A stretch of 61,288 nucleotides of DNA from an uncultured virus (IMG/VR IMGVR_UViG_2923073944_000003) (Duplodnaviria > Heunggongvirae > Uroviricota > Caudoviricetes), in IMG/VR virus record IMGVR_UViG_2923073944_000003, positions 62,001 to 123,288 of that record; one strand, 5' to 3'. This document shows positions 45,801-61,172 of the stretch, in pieces. Both the position numbers and the translations under genes were made by a program. Every line of letters begins with the position of its first letter. The first letter of the stretch is position 1. The notes beneath the pieces were generated by a model that worked only from the letters and a program-made list of their open reading frames with translations, was not told the origin of the DNA and searched no databases.

Positions 45801-48800
45801 ACTTCAGCAAAATGAATGCAGATGAACTTGAGTCATTTTCAATAAATGTTTCAAAATACATGGAAAATATCCAAAAAGCTCTGCAATCGGGGAATAAAAA
45901 TAATTTTGATTCCGCCTCTAAAAGCTTAGAACAGCTTGTTAATCAATATATGAGTGACAAAGATAAAGCTAATGGTCTGGCTTTATCTTATGATGACCTT
46001 AAAACTGCCATTGACTCTACAAATGATTCTGCACAAACTGCCAAAGTAACGTGGGATGAAAATGGTGAAGGTGTAGATGCATTAGGTGAGCAAGTCGGGA
46101 ATTTATCTGACAAGCTCAAAGAGGCTAAAGGTGATTTTGAAGCAATTAAAGGAATCATCGATGACTTAGTTGAATCGAAGCAAAATGATGCTGCTATATC
46201 TGCTATTCAAAATGAAGCTTATGACACTATGTCTGACAGTATCTCCCCTTTAAATAACCTCCTTGAAAAAATGTCTGAAGGTAAAAGCATATCTGCAACA
46301 GAAGCCATGAAGCTTATTCAGAAAGAACATGACCTTGCTGATGCAATTTCTGTTGAAAATGGTGTTGTAAAAATCAACAGAAATGCAGTTGTCAAGCTTC
46401 GGGACACAAAACTCAAAGCTTACAATGATATGCAACAATCTGTAAGACAAGATCTAATTAATCAGGCTAATGCATTAAACAAAAAGATTAACATGTATAA
46501 GTCAGAAGTTCAGGCTATTAAGACTGTTCAAGACGCTTATAAAATGAAGTCTGAGCTTGAAGATAACAAGAAAAAGATATACGACGAACTAAAAAAAGGG
46601 AACAGCGGTGCGCTGCAGTTCCTACCGAAAACACAGGATGATTTAAACCAGGTCACTGATATCACTGATCAGCTCAAAGAGCTTGATAAATTAGCAGATT
46701 TGGCTTCAACTTCCCTATCTGAAACAGGAACATCTCTTGATGATCTGTCTTCTTCAAGCGATAAAGCCTCTGAGGAAATTAAAACATCTATGTATGTGGC
46801 TGATAAATACAAGGAAGCTCTGGAGAAAGTCAACGCTGAAGTTGAAAAGTATAATAAGCAGGTAAACGATTATCCAAAGTATTCTCAAAGTTATCGAAAT
46901 GCCCTGCAAAAAGAAATTAAAGCTCTCCAACAAAAGAAAAAGCTTATGCAGGAGCAAGCCAAACTCCTCAAGGATCAAATCAAGTCAGGGAACATTGCAC
47001 AATACGGTATTGTAACCTCTTCCCTTTCCTCTGGTTCATCTTCTGGTGGTTCTTATTCTTCCGGTGGCGGGTCTTACTCCGGTAAATACTCCAGCTACAT
47101 TAATTCTGCCGCAAGTAAATATGGTGTTGATCCAGCTCTAATTGCAGCTGTAATCCAGCAAGAATCAGGATTCAATGCAAGAGCCCGTTCTGGAGCAGGC
47201 GCAGCCGGATTAATGCAGTTGATGCCTTCAACTGCCAAAAGCTTAGGTGTAAACAATGTTTATGATCCTTATCAGAGCATTATGGGTGGCACGAAATATT
47301 TAGCCCAACAACTAAGCAAATTTGGTGGCAATGTTGAGAAAGCACTTGCTGCTTATAACGCAGGCCCTGGTAATGTGATTAAATATGGTGGAGTCCCTCC
47401 TTTCAAAGAAACGCAGAATTATGTTCAGAAGATCATGTCTAATTACACTAAGTCAATGACTTCTGCTAATTCTTCTATTGCAAGCTACTACACGAAGAAC
47501 AGTGCGTTTAGAATAAGTTCTAAATATAATGCACAAGATGGCGCTTACCGATCAACTCCACATAAAGGTATCGACTTCGCAGCAAAAGCTGGAACCGCAA
47601 TTAAATCGGTTCAGAGTGGAAAAGTTCAAATTGCTGGTTATAGCAAGACTGCCGGTAACTGGGTTGTCATTCAGCAGGATGATGGAAAAGTTGCTAAGTA
47701 TATGCATATGCTTGATACCCCTTCTGTTAAAGCCGGTCAAACTGTTAAAGCTGGCCAGACCATTGGTAAAGTTGGCAGTACGGGTAATTCAACTGGAAAT
47801 CACCTTCATCTTCAAATTGAGGAAAACGGAAAGACAATTGACCCTGAGAAGTATTTAAAAGGTGTCGGTACATCTATTTCAGATGCATCCCAAGCCGAAG
47901 CAGAACGACAACAAGCAATAGCGCAAGCTAAATCCGACCTCCTCTCCCTCCAAGGCGACATTGACTCAGTAAACGATCAGATACAAGAACTCAGATATGA
48001 AATCGTTCAGTCGAAACTTGATGAGTATGACAAGCGCATTGGTGATTTTGATGTAAGAATCGCTAAAGACAAAGCCCTCGCTAGCCACTATCTGAGCGAC
48101 AGTAAAGAGTTCCGTAAGTATACCAATGATCAGAAAAAAGCTTTAACTGAACAGCAAAAGATTCAGAGCCAGAAGGTTTCTTTCATTGAAAAAGAAATCA
48201 AAACAAACAAAACTCTGAATTCTGCTCAAAGAGCACAGCTTGCTGAGGAATTAAAACAAGCTAAGATTGATCTCATCAATTTCCAAGAAGAAGTAAGAGA
48301 ACTTCAAGGACAGCTCATCCAATCTAAAGTTGACGAAACGCTTAACGGTATTGAGAAATCCACCAAGAAAACTGAATCTAAGCTTAAAGATGTTAGCAAC
48401 AAAATATCCATGACCGAAGAAGATGAAGACAAGGTTAAATATTATAGCCAACAGATTAAACTTATTCAGCAGCAACAGACTGAAGCGAAGAAGTATATCA
48501 AACAGTTGGAAGCACAAAAGAAAGCTGCTAAAGGGTTCCCGGATATTCAGAAACAAATCACTGAAGAGATCGAGAACTGGAAAGACAAGCAGAAGGATTA
48601 CAATCTTGAGCTTTACAACACAAAGAAATCAATCAAAGATGTGTACAAATCTCTTGCTGATGAAGTTGTCTCCATCTATAAAGAGATGTACGAAAAGATG
48701 CGTGATATTGAATTAAAAGCGCACCAAAAAGCTACGCAGGACTTGATTGATGAGATTGATAAAACTGATGATGAAGCTAAATACCAAAAAGAGCTCAAAG

Positions 48801-49702
48801 AAAAGAATCAGGCTATTCAGGAAACCAAAGATAAGCTAAATAAACTGTCTCTCGATGACTCAGATGAAGCAAAATCACAGGTTAAAGACTTAGAAAAGCA
48901 GCTTCAAGAACAGCAAGAAGCATTAGATGAGTTTCTTAAAGATCGTGAAAACAGTAAACGAAAAGAATCGTTACAAGATCAGCTTCAAAAAGATGAAGAT
49001 TCAATTAACAAGAAATACGATGATCTCGTTAATGATGAGCGTGGGTTTAAGGAACTTGAGAAAAAGCTAATGGATGGGAAGATTACTGATATTGCTAAGC
49101 AACTGAATGAATTCTCTAAGTTCATTAACAGCAATATGGAGTCCATAGGGAAAAGCATCTCCAACAACCTTATCGATAAGCTTAAAGAAGCCTCCAATGC
49201 CCTGAATACTGTGACCAAAGGTAATAAAACTGGGAAAAAGGTATCCTCTTTTGCATCGGGTGGATATACAGGTACAGGACTGGGCGCAGGTAAACTCGCT
49301 TTCCTTCATGATAAAGAACTTATCCTTAATAAAACTGATACTGCAAACATCTTGGATACAGTAAAAGCTGTACGTGAGAACAATACTCCAAGTGAAGAGA
49401 CGCCTAAATGGGGTCAAGGTGGGAAATTAGCAGCCTTGATTAACAAAGGAATCACCACTATTCCATCAATAATTCCGAATATTAATCAATCAAGTCTTTC
49501 TAATAGTTTGATACCGAGCATTCAAAACCTCTCTTCCCCACCAGACGCAGCTAAGTCAGTAAATGGCACTATAAACAACAATGATTTTAAAGTTGAATTC
49601 ACCATTAACGAATCAGGAAATCCTCAGAAAACAGCTGATTTTGTATTCAATAAATTTGCAAATGGTCTTAAAAACAAGGGCATAAATTTCAACAACTCAT
49701 GA
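42818..49702 (+). CDS. cwlP: Tape measure protein with lytic transglycosylase (SLT) and M23 peptidase domains (TTG 42818)
   Basis: TMP core ([11 protein letters not shown]); IQQESGF, GLMQLMP, AAYNAG; HKGID, HLH. Confidence 0.93.
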   Translation: MSQDLKIILTPKADTSSKTVEQLNQQIKSLEKKLNSLNLKTNIDASALKTLNEFSSAVETYQKHLKSFNQTVKETTTITRNADGTVEKLTQQYKKNGEIIQRETKTIDNRNQSLREQTQEVNRLAQATEKLGQVQKRTEQKNSQGQTTRVTQKNRNGFDDITYTTDPKTNATTSKITTNYDQQRKAIEQLKLDLEKLRQQGIVTDTTLSSLGRKLNTAQTAQQIEALQNRIKMLDDKSAAVAKNNELRKTIELYQRQAQVNVQNLNTRYGDTMGAGNRQAAQDYLNAVNSLNVSAGGSNIRSQIQSLNMQFRELASNAQTASSQASSFGTELTQAFKSMSTYLISGSLFYGAISGLKEMVSQAVEIDTLMTNIRRVMNEPDYKYNELLEESINLGDTLSNKITDILQMTGDFGRMGFDESELSTLTKTAQVLQNVSDLTPDDTVNTLTAAMLNFNIAANDSISIADKLNEVDNNYAVTTLDLANSIRKAGSTASTFGVELNDLIGYTTAIASTTRESGNIVGNSLKTIFARIGNNDSSIKALEQIGISVKTASGEAKSATDLINELADKWNTLSDAQKQNTSIGVAGIYQLSRFNALMNNFSISQNAATTAANSAGSAWSEQQKYADSLQARLNRLSNAFTEMSVASSEAFISNSIVVFADALKGLMQTSAQITKTVGLLPQVFGSATTAILLFNTSLRTATISTGMSAISTLKNLVLNFNAVGIGATTASAKTAVWTRVVNASSVAMSNLKKVAVSTSAFLAGSFLPMAAMVGLGVVIEKLISSYSELKQAREDFEQAKTTSIEAITTNKDETDKLISQYKELQKAKDGGALSADQEQEYLQVTQQLAQTFPNLISGYDSQGQAILKKNQALKDAIKYTEDLSNLNKKDIQTGANSNFKESLKDIDKLNDKIKQYKQVADYYKNGKSWDIFSSENDKKNQGIKAEQDALRTEQELSSSQAKIREQVQQTIDAFNSIKINPNLSREISNAFDKIDFSKMNADELESFSINVSKYMENIQKALQSGNKNNFDSASKSLEQLVNQYMSDKDKANGLALSYDDLKTAIDSTNDSAQTAKVTWDENGEGVDALGEQVGNLSDKLKEAKGDFEAIKGIIDDLVESKQNDAAISAIQNEAYDTMSDSISPLNNLLEKMSEGKSISATEAMKLIQKEHDLADAISVENGVVKINRNAVVKLRDTKLKAYNDMQQSVRQDLINQANALNKKINMYKSEVQAIKTVQDAYKMKSELEDNKKKIYDELKKGNSGALQFLPKTQDDLNQVTDITDQLKELDKLADLASTSLSETGTSLDDLSSSSDKASEEIKTSMYVADKYKEALEKVNAEVEKYNKQVNDYPKYSQSYRNALQKEIKALQQKKKLMQEQAKLLKDQIKSGNIAQYGIVTSSLSSGSSSGGSYSSGGGSYSGKYSSYINSAASKYGVDPALIAAVIQQESGFNARARSGAGAAGLMQLMPSTAKSLGVNNVYDPYQSIMGGTKYLAQQLSKFGGNVEKALAAYNAGPGNVIKYGGVPPFKETQNYVQKIMSNYTKSMTSANSSIASYYTKNSAFRISSKYNAQDGAYRSTPHKGIDFAAKAGTAIKSVQSGKVQIAGYSKTAGNWVVIQQDDGKVAKYMHMLDTPSVKAGQTVKAGQTIGKVGSTGNSTGNHLHLQIEENGKTIDPEKYLKGVGTSISDASQAEAERQQAIAQAKSDLLSLQGDIDSVNDQIQELRYEIVQSKLDEYDKRIGDFDVRIAKDKALASHYLSDSKEFRKYTNDQKKALTEQQKIQSQKVSFIEKEIKTNKTLNSAQRAQLAEELKQAKIDLINFQEEVRELQGQLIQSKVDETLNGIEKSTKKTESKLKDVSNKISMTEEDEDKVKYYSQQIKLIQQQQTEAKKYIKQLEAQKKAAKGFPDIQKQITEEIENWKDKQKDYNLELYNTKKSIKDVYKSLADEVVSIYKEMYEKMRDIELKAHQKATQDLIDEIDKTDDEAKYQKELKEKNQAIQETKDKLNKLSLDDSDEAKSQVKDLEKQLQEQQEALDEFLKDRENSKRKESLQDQLQKDEDSINKKYDDLVNDERGFKELEKKLMDGKITDIAKQLNEFSKFINSNMESIGKSISNNLIDKLKEASNALNTVTKGNKTGKKVSSFASGGYTGTGLGAGKLAFLHDKELILNKTDTANILDTVKAVRENNTPSEETPKWGQGGKLAALINKGITTIPSIIPNINQSSLSNSLIPSIQNLSSPPDAAKSVNGTINNNDFKVEFTINESGNPQKTADFVFNKFANGLKNKGINFNNS

Positions 49703-49732
49703 GCCAGTAAATATGCTGGCTCTTCTTATTTT
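49701..49732 (+). terminator. Intrinsic terminator-like hairpin after TMP
   Basis: GAGCCAGT/GCTGGCTC + T-rich tract. Confidence 0.6.
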
Positions 49733-49746
49733 TGAGGTGATAAAAA

Positions 49747-53819
<4,073 letters not shown>

Positions 53820-53839
53820 GAAAGGACGGTGAAATTAGT

Positions 53840-54655
53840 TTGGATTTTCCTCAGCTCTATAATGATCCCACCCTTTCTCAAAAAAGGAAGGGTTCAATCG
53901 ATGATCCTTATTTAAGTTATAGTGAAACTTTAACTGTTTACAATGGTCGAGTCTTACTTACAGAAGTACCTAACCGTGAGTACAGAGTCGAGGTTAGTGG
54001 TGACAGTAAAGAATGGCGAGAAATTGAAGATGGTGAATTAGAAGACAACTACTTTAAGGTTGATTACCTTATGGGAGTTGTCTTTTTCAATGGTTCAAAT
54101 GAAGGCAAATCACTTACTTTTACATATCAAGGAGAAGGTGCATCCTTCTTCCCTGCCTCAAGAATTTGGATTAAACGGCAAGGAAATATGGTTATTGAAA
54201 CACTTCAAGGCTTAATTGATGATGCTGAAGATGCCATTATTCGTATCAACGAACGTATTGCTGAATGTGAACGTGTCACCAAGCGATGTGTTGAAATAAC
54301 AAATTGGTGCAGACAAGCAACATCAGATTATGAGTATGTAGTTGAGAACACTAGGAAGATTTACTTGCCGTTTGTGTACACCTATCAGGATTTATTAAGC
54401 ACTTATCCTTCCCCTCAAATTGGTTGGACTGTCACTGTAAAAGAAACAGGCATTGAATATCGATGGGATGGTTTTGACTGGATAAATATTAGCGTCTCAG
54501 ATAAGTATGATGGTTTCAACATTGTTTCTAGCTATGTAGAGCCTTACAACATCAGGTCAGTATGGTTGAGAACGAACAATGCTCCCAAAAAGATGAGGAT
54601 AAAACCTTCTGTAGAACCCCCTGACGGAAGTATGGTTTGGATTAGAAAAGGATAA
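53840..54655 (+). CDS. yomF: YomF-like baseplate/tail protein
   Basis: 271 aa; YPSPQIGWTV..YRWDG motif; synteny. Confidence 0.7.
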   Translation: MDFPQLYNDPTLSQKRKGSIDDPYLSYSETLTVYNGRVLLTEVPNREYRVEVSGDSKEWREIEDGELEDNYFKVDYLMGVVFFNGSNEGKSLTFTYQGEGASFFPASRIWIKRQGNMVIETLQGLIDDAEDAIIRINERIAECERVTKRCVEITNWCRQATSDYEYVVENTRKIYLPFVYTYQDLLSTYPSPQIGWTVTVKETGIEYRWDGFDWINISVSDKYDGFNIVSSYVEPYNIRSVWLRTNNAPKKMRIKPSVEPPDGSMVWIRKG

Positions 54656-54668
54656 GGAGGAGTATATA

Positions 54669-57218
54669 TTGAACGACAATTTAATTCCTGTAAACACAAT
54701 GGGTTATATGGACGAAGAAACAGAGCAATGGATACCCATTGATGCTATCGGGTTAAAATCAAATAATATTAGATATACTGCAGACGATATTCAAGAGGCT
54801 TTTGATAAAGCTTCTAAGGATATTAAAAACGTAATAAGTACAGTCGATTCTGGCTTAACAGATATCACAAACACTATTGGAGACATTTCAAAAATCCCTG
54901 CATCCGGTGCAACAATTGTTGATAAAGTCCTAAATGAATTTATCAGACGAAGTGTCAATGTTCAGGATTTTGGAGCTAAGGGTGACGGTGTCACTGATGA
55001 CACTGAAGCTTTTAAAGCTGCCTTTGCAAGTGGGAAGCGAGAAGTTTTTGTTCCTGCAGGTATTTATATGGTTCAAGGATTGCATATTCCCTCTTATGTC
55101 AGACTCTATGGTGTTGGATCAGGGTCTATTATCAAACTTCATCCTACAGCTGCTGGAACATCTTGCGTTCTTACCAACAGTGACTATACTAACGGAAACG
55201 AATATATCTTAATTGAAGACTTAGACCTCGATTGGAATTTAGACAAAAAGGATAACACCATCACAAACGGGACAAATGCAAACTGTGTGGGTATTGTTAA
55301 CTCTAAATTTGTTCGGGTTAGAAACGTCAATGCCCGAAATCCCGGTCTTCATGGTTTTGATGTAAGCTCTCCTATTTGGAACACTTCTTCAGATGGCGCT
55401 GATTATTATCAACCGAAGGGCAGTAAATATGTTTGGATTGAAAACTGTACTGCAACTAATTTCGGTGACGATGGCTTCACAACTCACTATTCTGAATACA
55501 TCTACTTCACTAATTGTCACGCATACAATGCCAATGGGTCTGCTCATGACAAAGGCTCGTCAAATTCAAATGGTTTTGAAATCGACGACGGTTCTAGAAA
55601 CGTATGGCTGGTGAACTGCAACAGTCAAAAAAACTGCAGAGGTTTTGAAGTTAAAGCCCACAATAGAGCGCCTGCAGCAAGAAACGTTAATTTAATCAAC
55701 TGCTACTCAGAGAATGACATTCGTGCATTTGATTTTAGACACATCGGCTTTCATCGTGCTTCTGATAAAATTTCCACTAGTGCATTCGACATTAATGTTG
55801 TTAACTGTACTGCGAAGTCCCCAATTTTTAGTGACCTTTATAAAGAGTTGAGCCCACGAGCACTAGTAATCTCAGCTTACAGAAATGTCAACATTTCAAA
55901 CTTTAACGCAATTGGAGACCCTTTTTATGATTACAAAGGAAATCCCGCAATCGCTACACAATTTAAATCAAGAAACATCAATTTAAACAATCTTTCTATT
56001 TCTAACTTCAAAACATCTGGAGCTGACATTTATGTATATGGTGGGGATCAAAAATCAGATAATGTAAATATTTCAAATGTGAATTGTTTTGAATCGGCGA
56101 GAATCGGCGTGCGTATTGGCAGTGGCACAGAAAATGTAAAGCTTATTAATGCAAGTTTAATAGGTGATGGGAAAGCTGACAGTATTGGTGTATATTGTTC
56201 TAATTCTCAGGTAAGCCTTATGGGAATTTCAGTGGAAAAATACAAAAAGGCTGCCAGAATTGCAGGAGTTGATTACACTTTTGTACCAAATAATATAAAA
56301 GGCGGAACAAGGATTGCAACCTCTTCTGGAGCACCCAAATCTAGCACCGGCTTAATAGCAGCGTCTACTGGACAACCTGAAGTATCAGGTGAAGCTTCTG
56401 CTGTTATAGGGACCACTGGTGGAGCAAAAGCAACTGGGGTTAGAACAGGAGTATTTTCCTCTTCCGGAGCAAGTTCCGTTAGCGGTTCGCGTAGCACAGT
56501 CATGTCTTCAAACGAATCCCACATTGAAGGCGACAATGTCTCACGAACTATCTTATCTTCGGGAGGAGTCAAACTCGGTGCAAATGATCGCTATATGGTG
56601 GTTGGTGGATATGGTTCTACCCCGTCCAGAGCGAATATCAAATGGATGCTAAACTCCTGGAACGGAGACATAACATCTACCGGCAAGATGAATGGCGGAG
56701 CCACTTTCAGTGATTACGCTGAGTATTTTGAAAGCCTAGACGGAAAAGCAATACCAACAGGAACAATTGTCACTCTTGAAGGAGCTAAAATTCGCCCGGC
56801 GAGAAAAGGTGAAGATGTACACGGAGTAATTTCCGAAACTGCAGGGACTATTTTAGGCGGAGCTGATATTCACTGGCAAGGTAGATATTTAAAGAATGAA
56901 TTCGGTGGATACATATATGAAGATGTGGTCAACCCAGAAACCGGTGATGTTAAGAAACTGCCTAAAGTAAACCCTGAGTGGATTGAAAAAATAGATTACG
57001 TCCCTCGTGAAGAACGCCCTGAATGGAATATAGTAGGATTGCTTGGACAGGTTTATGTGAAAGTGGACAACACCGTTTCTGTTGGAGATCGGATTGAAGG
57101 CAATTATGGAATCGGCACAAAAACAGAAGACAGGTTTTACTCTTGGAAGGCTATGGAGATTGTAACCCCATATTCAGACAAGCTTGGCTATGGTATTGCT
57201 ATCTGCTTAATTAAGTAA
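54669..57218 (+). CDS. yomE: Tail spike/appendage: beta-helix (pectate-lyase-like) with C-terminal peptidase G2 autocleaving chaperone
   Basis: VNVQDFGAKGDGVTDDTEAF, beta-helix repeats, SDYAEYFE, VGLLGQV. Confidence 0.88.
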   Translation: MNDNLIPVNTMGYMDEETEQWIPIDAIGLKSNNIRYTADDIQEAFDKASKDIKNVISTVDSGLTDITNTIGDISKIPASGATIVDKVLNEFIRRSVNVQDFGAKGDGVTDDTEAFKAAFASGKREVFVPAGIYMVQGLHIPSYVRLYGVGSGSIIKLHPTAAGTSCVLTNSDYTNGNEYILIEDLDLDWNLDKKDNTITNGTNANCVGIVNSKFVRVRNVNARNPGLHGFDVSSPIWNTSSDGADYYQPKGSKYVWIENCTATNFGDDGFTTHYSEYIYFTNCHAYNANGSAHDKGSSNSNGFEIDDGSRNVWLVNCNSQKNCRGFEVKAHNRAPAARNVNLINCYSENDIRAFDFRHIGFHRASDKISTSAFDINVVNCTAKSPIFSDLYKELSPRALVISAYRNVNISNFNAIGDPFYDYKGNPAIATQFKSRNINLNNLSISNFKTSGADIYVYGGDQKSDNVNISNVNCFESARIGVRIGSGTENVKLINASLIGDGKADSIGVYCSNSQVSLMGISVEKYKKAARIAGVDYTFVPNNIKGGTRIATSSGAPKSSTGLIAASTGQPEVSGEASAVIGTTGGAKATGVRTGVFSSSGASSVSGSRSTVMSSNESHIEGDNVSRTILSSGGVKLGANDRYMVVGGYGSTPSRANIKWMLNSWNGDITSTGKMNGGATFSDYAEYFESLDGKAIPTGTIVTLEGAKIRPARKGEDVHGVISETAGTILGGADIHWQGRYLKNEFGGYIYEDVVNPETGDVKKLPKVNPEWIEKIDYVPREERPEWNIVGLLGQVYVKVDNTVSVGDRIEGNYGIGTKTEDRFYSWKAMEIVTPYSDKLGYGIAICLIK

Positions 57219-57303
57219 TCCCTCGAAACTAAAGGAGGTGGTTATGTTCTAGTTAAAATATAAATTTTATTTAATTTACAGCATTCAAAAACAGAGATAA
57301 CAA

Positions 57304-57360
57304 GAGCATACGTGAGATAAAGAGAGATTGGGATTTGCCCCTTCTCTCTTTTTTGTGCTC
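57304..57360 (+). terminator. Long hairpin/terminator immediately upstream of the endolysin
   Basis: AAAGAGAGA/TCTCTCTTT stem + T-run, outer GAGCATA/TGTGCTC. Confidence 0.65.
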
Positions 57361-57380
57361 AAATTTAATTTTTAGGAGAG

Positions 57381-58436
57381 ATGTTTAATATGGCTATTCA
57401 AGTAAGAGAAAATCTTGTCTCAACCAGCAAATACTCTATTAAGTGTCCGTATACGTTATCAGCCTCTTATATTACATTTCATAACACAGCCAATGATGCA
57501 TCTGCAGACGCTGAAATTCGCTACATGATCGGCAACAACAATGAAGTTTCTTATCACTTCGCCGTTGATGATGAAGAGGTCGTCCAAGGTTTACCTACAA
57601 ATCGAAACGCATGGCACACTGGTGATGGATCAGGTGCGAATTCAGGAAACCGTACTTCTATTGGTGTAGAGGTTTGCTACTCCAAATCAGGTGGAGAGCG
57701 CTACAGAAAAGCTGAAGCGTTGGCTATTAAGTTTATTGCACAACTCCTTAAAGAACGTGGCTGGGGTGTGGATCGAGTTAAAAAGCATCAAGACTGGTCT
57801 GGCAAGTACTGCCCGCATCGAGTTCTTGATGAAGGTCGTTGGAATGCTGTTAAAGCTGCTATTGCTGCTGAATTGAAAGCACTGGACGGAAATACTTCTT
57901 CCTCATCTTCAAAGCCAACAAACGTTGTTAAAACAAATGGTTCTTATGTTAAAAACACAGTTATCGCTGACAGTCTTAATGTGAGAACCCAACGCAATGC
58001 AAACTCCTCTATTGTACTCGCTCTTCCTAAAGGCTCCACTGTCCAATACCAAAAAGGATCAACTCAAAATGGTTGGGGATATATCAAATATACAAACTCT
58101 AAAGGTGCTACATACAGCGGTTACGTAAATGTGAAATACATTAAAAGTGATGCTGAACTTGGACAATCAACCCCAAAGCCTAAATCCACTTCTAAGCCTA
58201 AAAGCAGTGGTATCAAATCTGTAGGCAAAATTAAAATTGTCGGTGTACAAAGCGCTGCAATCGTTATGGACAGACCCGATAAAAACAAAGCGAAGAATCT
58301 CGGCACTGTGAAGCTAGGTGACACACTCAGCATTTCTGGCTCAGTGAAAGGGTCAAACAATGCTAAGGGTTACTGGGAAGTTATCTACAAAGGTAAACGC
58401 GGCTACATCTCAGGACAATTTGGGTCAAAAATCTAA
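57381..58436 (+). CDS. blyA: Endolysin, N-acetylmuramoyl-L-alanine amidase (Amidase_2) with SH3b-like cell-wall binding domains
   Basis: HNTAND, SYHFAVDD, AWHTGDG, SIGVEVC, HQDWSGKYCP; LNVR SH3 motif. Confidence 0.9.
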   Translation: MFNMAIQVRENLVSTSKYSIKCPYTLSASYITFHNTANDASADAEIRYMIGNNNEVSYHFAVDDEEVVQGLPTNRNAWHTGDGSGANSGNRTSIGVEVCYSKSGGERYRKAEALAIKFIAQLLKERGWGVDRVKKHQDWSGKYCPHRVLDEGRWNAVKAAIAAELKALDGNTSSSSSKPTNVVKTNGSYVKNTVIADSLNVRTQRNANSSIVLALPKGSTVQYQKGSTQNGWGYIKYTNSKGATYSGYVNVKYIKSDAELGQSTPKPKSTSKPKSSGIKSVGKIKIVGVQSAAIVMDRPDKNKAKNLGTVKLGDTLSISGSVKGSNNAKGYWEVIYKGKRGYISGQFGSKI

Positions 58437-58550
58437 ATATATTTAAATATCTTTGAGGATGATTGTTGATCGAGATATATCAATGATTATCCTCTTATTT
58501 TAGGAGGTGATGTAATGTCACCTTTCTATTTTATCAAAGGTTGGTGACAA

Positions 58551-58943
58551 ATGGATAACTTTGAGCAAAGCACCATTTCAAGATTAAGTGCACTTGAAGA
58601 AAAAGCTAAGCACACTGATAACAAAATTGACTCTCTTGAAGAAAGAACAAATGTTATTGGTCGTATTGCTACGCTTGTTGAGCAGCAAGTCGAAATTAAT
58701 AAGGATTCTCAAGCACAATCGAGAGAACAGTTCAGCACTCTGAACGAAATGAGCAACAGTTTAAAAAATCTGAGTAAATCATATGAAAAACTGGACAATC
58801 GAGTTGAAATATTGGAACGCTCTGATTCTACTCGCAAAATTGATCCCTCTCAGTTTACTAAAGACCTTGTGTTTAAGGTACTGCCCAGTGTAATTGCGAC
58901 TATTGTCGCAGCCTGGTTACTCATACATTTTGGGCTTAAATAA
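58551..58943 (+). CDS. Holin-associated coiled-coil protein with C-terminal TM (XhlA/BhlA-like architecture)
   Basis: Coiled coil plus terminal hydrophobic helix; between endolysin and holin. Confidence 0.65.
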   Translation: MDNFEQSTISRLSALEEKAKHTDNKIDSLEERTNVIGRIATLVEQQVEINKDSQAQSREQFSTLNEMSNSLKNLSKSYEKLDNRVEILERSDSTRKIDPSQFTKDLVFKVLPSVIATIVAAWLLIHFGLK

Positions 58944-58963
58944 AATGAACAGGAGCGAATTTC

Positions 58964-59215
58964 ATGACTAAAATTAACTGGAAAGTAAGACTTAAAAAGA
59001 AAACATTCCTGGTTGCAATCTTCTCCGCAACTCTTTTATTCGCACAAGCAATTGCATCAGCTTTTGGATACGATATTTCTGTGTTTAGTGATGATCTCAC
59101 TGAGAAATTTAATGCGCTGTTGACATTTTTAACTGCCATGGGAATTGTGGTGGATCCAACCACTACAGGTATCTCAGATAGTGATCAAGCAATGGAATAC
59201 ACAGAACCAAAATAA
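58964..59215 (+). CDS. Phage holin, phi LC3 family
   Basis: KINWKVRLK, GIVVDPTTTGISDS motifs. Confidence 0.9.
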   Translation: MTKINWKVRLKKKTFLVAIFSATLLFAQAIASAFGYDISVFSDDLTEKFNALLTFLTAMGIVVDPTTTGISDSDQAMEYTEPK

Positions 59216-59276
59216 CTCAGGGGAGCTCATCTCCCCTTTTTTTCATTTTTAATTAAGAAAGGAATGATTGTTGGTC

Positions 59277-59558
59277 ATGCAAATAGGATCTGGATATATC
59301 GGGAGTCCAATGCTTGAGAAGTCAGAATCTAACCATGAAGTGATCCCTTCCCCACCTGCAACCTGGACGATTAAATATTCTTTCTATAAATTCAGCTTTT
59401 CGAATGATCAGGAATGCCACGTATCAATCAATGGTGGAAATCCTATCTATTTAAGAGCTGGACAAGGCTTTCAAATGGACGCTCACGATTCACCTATCAC
59501 AAGCTTCAAAATTTCTGAGTCAGGGATAACATATAATTTTTTGGGGGCGCATAAATGA
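59277..59558 (+). CDS. Small beta-rich hypothetical protein
   Basis: ORF after terminator 59220-59243; SD AAGGA; start uncertain (59268 or 59277). Confidence 0.65.
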   Translation: MQIGSGYIGSPMLEKSESNHEVIPSPPATWTIKYSFYKFSFSNDQECHVSINGGNPIYLRAGQGFQMDAHDSPITSFKISESGITYNFLGAHK

Positions 59559-59860
59559 GTTTCTTCAATCCGATGGTTAATGTCTCAATTGTCACTGGGA
59601 AGTCTGCTTATGATATTGCAGTGGACAATGGTTTTTCAGGAACTGTAGAGGAATGGTTAGCTTCACTAAAAGGTGAAAAAGGCAACACTGGAGCTACTGG
59701 CGCTAAGGGAGACAAAGGTGATACTGGTGCAACCGGTGCTAAAGGAGCTACTGGTGCTGCCGGTAAAGATGGAAAATCAGCATATGAATTAGCCGTTCAA
59801 CAAGGTTTCTCTGGAACATTAGATGAGTGGCTTGCTTCTCTAAAAGCAACAGCAAACTGA
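59555..59860 (+). CDS. Mini collagen-like protein
   Basis: About 12 Gly-X-Y triplets bracketed by two GKSAY.(I/L)AV..GFSGT..EWLASLK repeats. Confidence 0.85.
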   Translation: MSFFNPMVNVSIVTGKSAYDIAVDNGFSGTVEEWLASLKGEKGNTGATGAKGDKGDTGATGAKGATGAAGKDGKSAYELAVQQGFSGTLDEWLASLKATAN

Positions 59861-59864
59861 TCAT

Positions 59865-59896
59865 ATACCCTTCTCTAACGAGGAGGGTATTTTTTT
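59865..59896 (+). terminator. Intrinsic terminator
   Basis: ATACCCTTCTC/GAGGAGGGTAT + T-run. Confidence 0.75.
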
Positions 59897-60011
59897 CGTT
59901 TCGTTCATAATCGAATTATTGATTTGTTTTTAATTTTCACTCAAATTCCCTTTACATTTCTTTCCTCCAATGCAACTATATAATAAAATGGATTTGAAAG
60001 GGGTTTAGGAC

Positions 60012-61172
60012 TTGGAGAACGAAAAGGTCATTCCTTATGATTTAGTAGCAACAAAGATGAATCATTGGTATGTGGCTATTAAAAAGAATTGGGTCGGTAG
60101 AGCAGAAGAAATGCGTAAAGAAGTTATGCAGGAAATAAAAATTATGGAAGAAAACCAAGATGTTTTACTATACTACTCCCTACTTGAGTTTAGACATAAG
60201 CTAATGTTGGCATATATGTATCCTAACGCTATAAAAAACATTGAGAAAAATTATGGTGAGTTAAAAGCATATGAAGGCCATGAAAACTTAACAGGAATGC
60301 TCGAATATTACTATTATTTTTTCATGGGCATGTTCTATTTTAGACAAAAGGAGTTGGCATTCTCCCTTAATCACTATAGACAAGCTGAGAGATATTTGGA
60401 TTCAATTGAGAGCGAAGATGTTGAAGTTGAAAAAGCTGAATTTTATTTTAAATTGTCAGAAGTGTATTACCACATGAAACAGACTTATTTTTCAATGAAT
60501 TATGCCATGAGGGCTTACGATATATTTAAAAAGCAACCTGCTATTGACGGGAGCCCTACATACGGGGTACAAAAGGTACGCTGTCAATTCGTCATATTTG
60601 GTAATTTATTGGACAGTATGAAGTTTGATGAAGCTTTAAAGCAAGCATACAAAGCGTATCAGGAAGCAGTAGAGCTAAACAAAAGTGAAAAGAATCGTGG
60701 ACATTTGATGCGTTCAGCACTGTTTAATATTGGATTATGTTATAATCAAATGGAAGAACTTGATAAAGCATTTTTTCACTTTAATAAGTCACTTCAAATC
60801 ATTGAGCCGGAAAATCATGATTACGCTGCTAAAACATTATTTGTTATCTCCTTCTTAAAGGGAAGGCAAAATGACATTGAAAACGCAAAAAAATTTTATG
60901 AACAGGCCAAACAGTTGGCTGAACGGCATAACAATGAAATGGTACTTGAAAAGTTAAAAATGGTTAAAGGACTTTTCTTGGACTATGATTTAGACTTAGT
61001 TAGGAAAACATTCGAGTTCTTCAAAGAAAGAAGTATATACCCTGACATGGAAAGCTATGGTGTCTCTGTAGCAGATTTTCTCACTGGAAAACAGGATGCT
61101 TGGGGTGCAGTTGAATTTTATCGTTTGGCAAATGAAGCAAGAAGACAAATCAAAAGGGGAGAAGCAATATGA
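60012..61172 (+). CDS. rap: Rap-family response regulator aspartate phosphatase (TPR)
   Basis: MEENQDVLLYYSLLEFRH, LEYYYYFFMGM, EKAEFYFKLSEVYYHMKQ. Confidence 0.93.
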   Translation: MENEKVIPYDLVATKMNHWYVAIKKNWVGRAEEMRKEVMQEIKIMEENQDVLLYYSLLEFRHKLMLAYMYPNAIKNIEKNYGELKAYEGHENLTGMLEYYYYFFMGMFYFRQKELAFSLNHYRQAERYLDSIESEDVEVEKAEFYFKLSEVYYHMKQTYFSMNYAMRAYDIFKKQPAIDGSPTYGVQKVRCQFVIFGNLLDSMKFDEALKQAYKAYQEAVELNKSEKNRGHLMRSALFNIGLCYNQMEELDKAFFHFNKSLQIIEPENHDYAAKTLFVISFLKGRQNDIENAKKFYEQAKQLAERHNNEMVLEKLKMVKGLFLDYDLDLVRKTFEFFKERSIYPDMESYGVSVADFLTGKQDAWGAVEFYRLANEARRQIKRGEAI

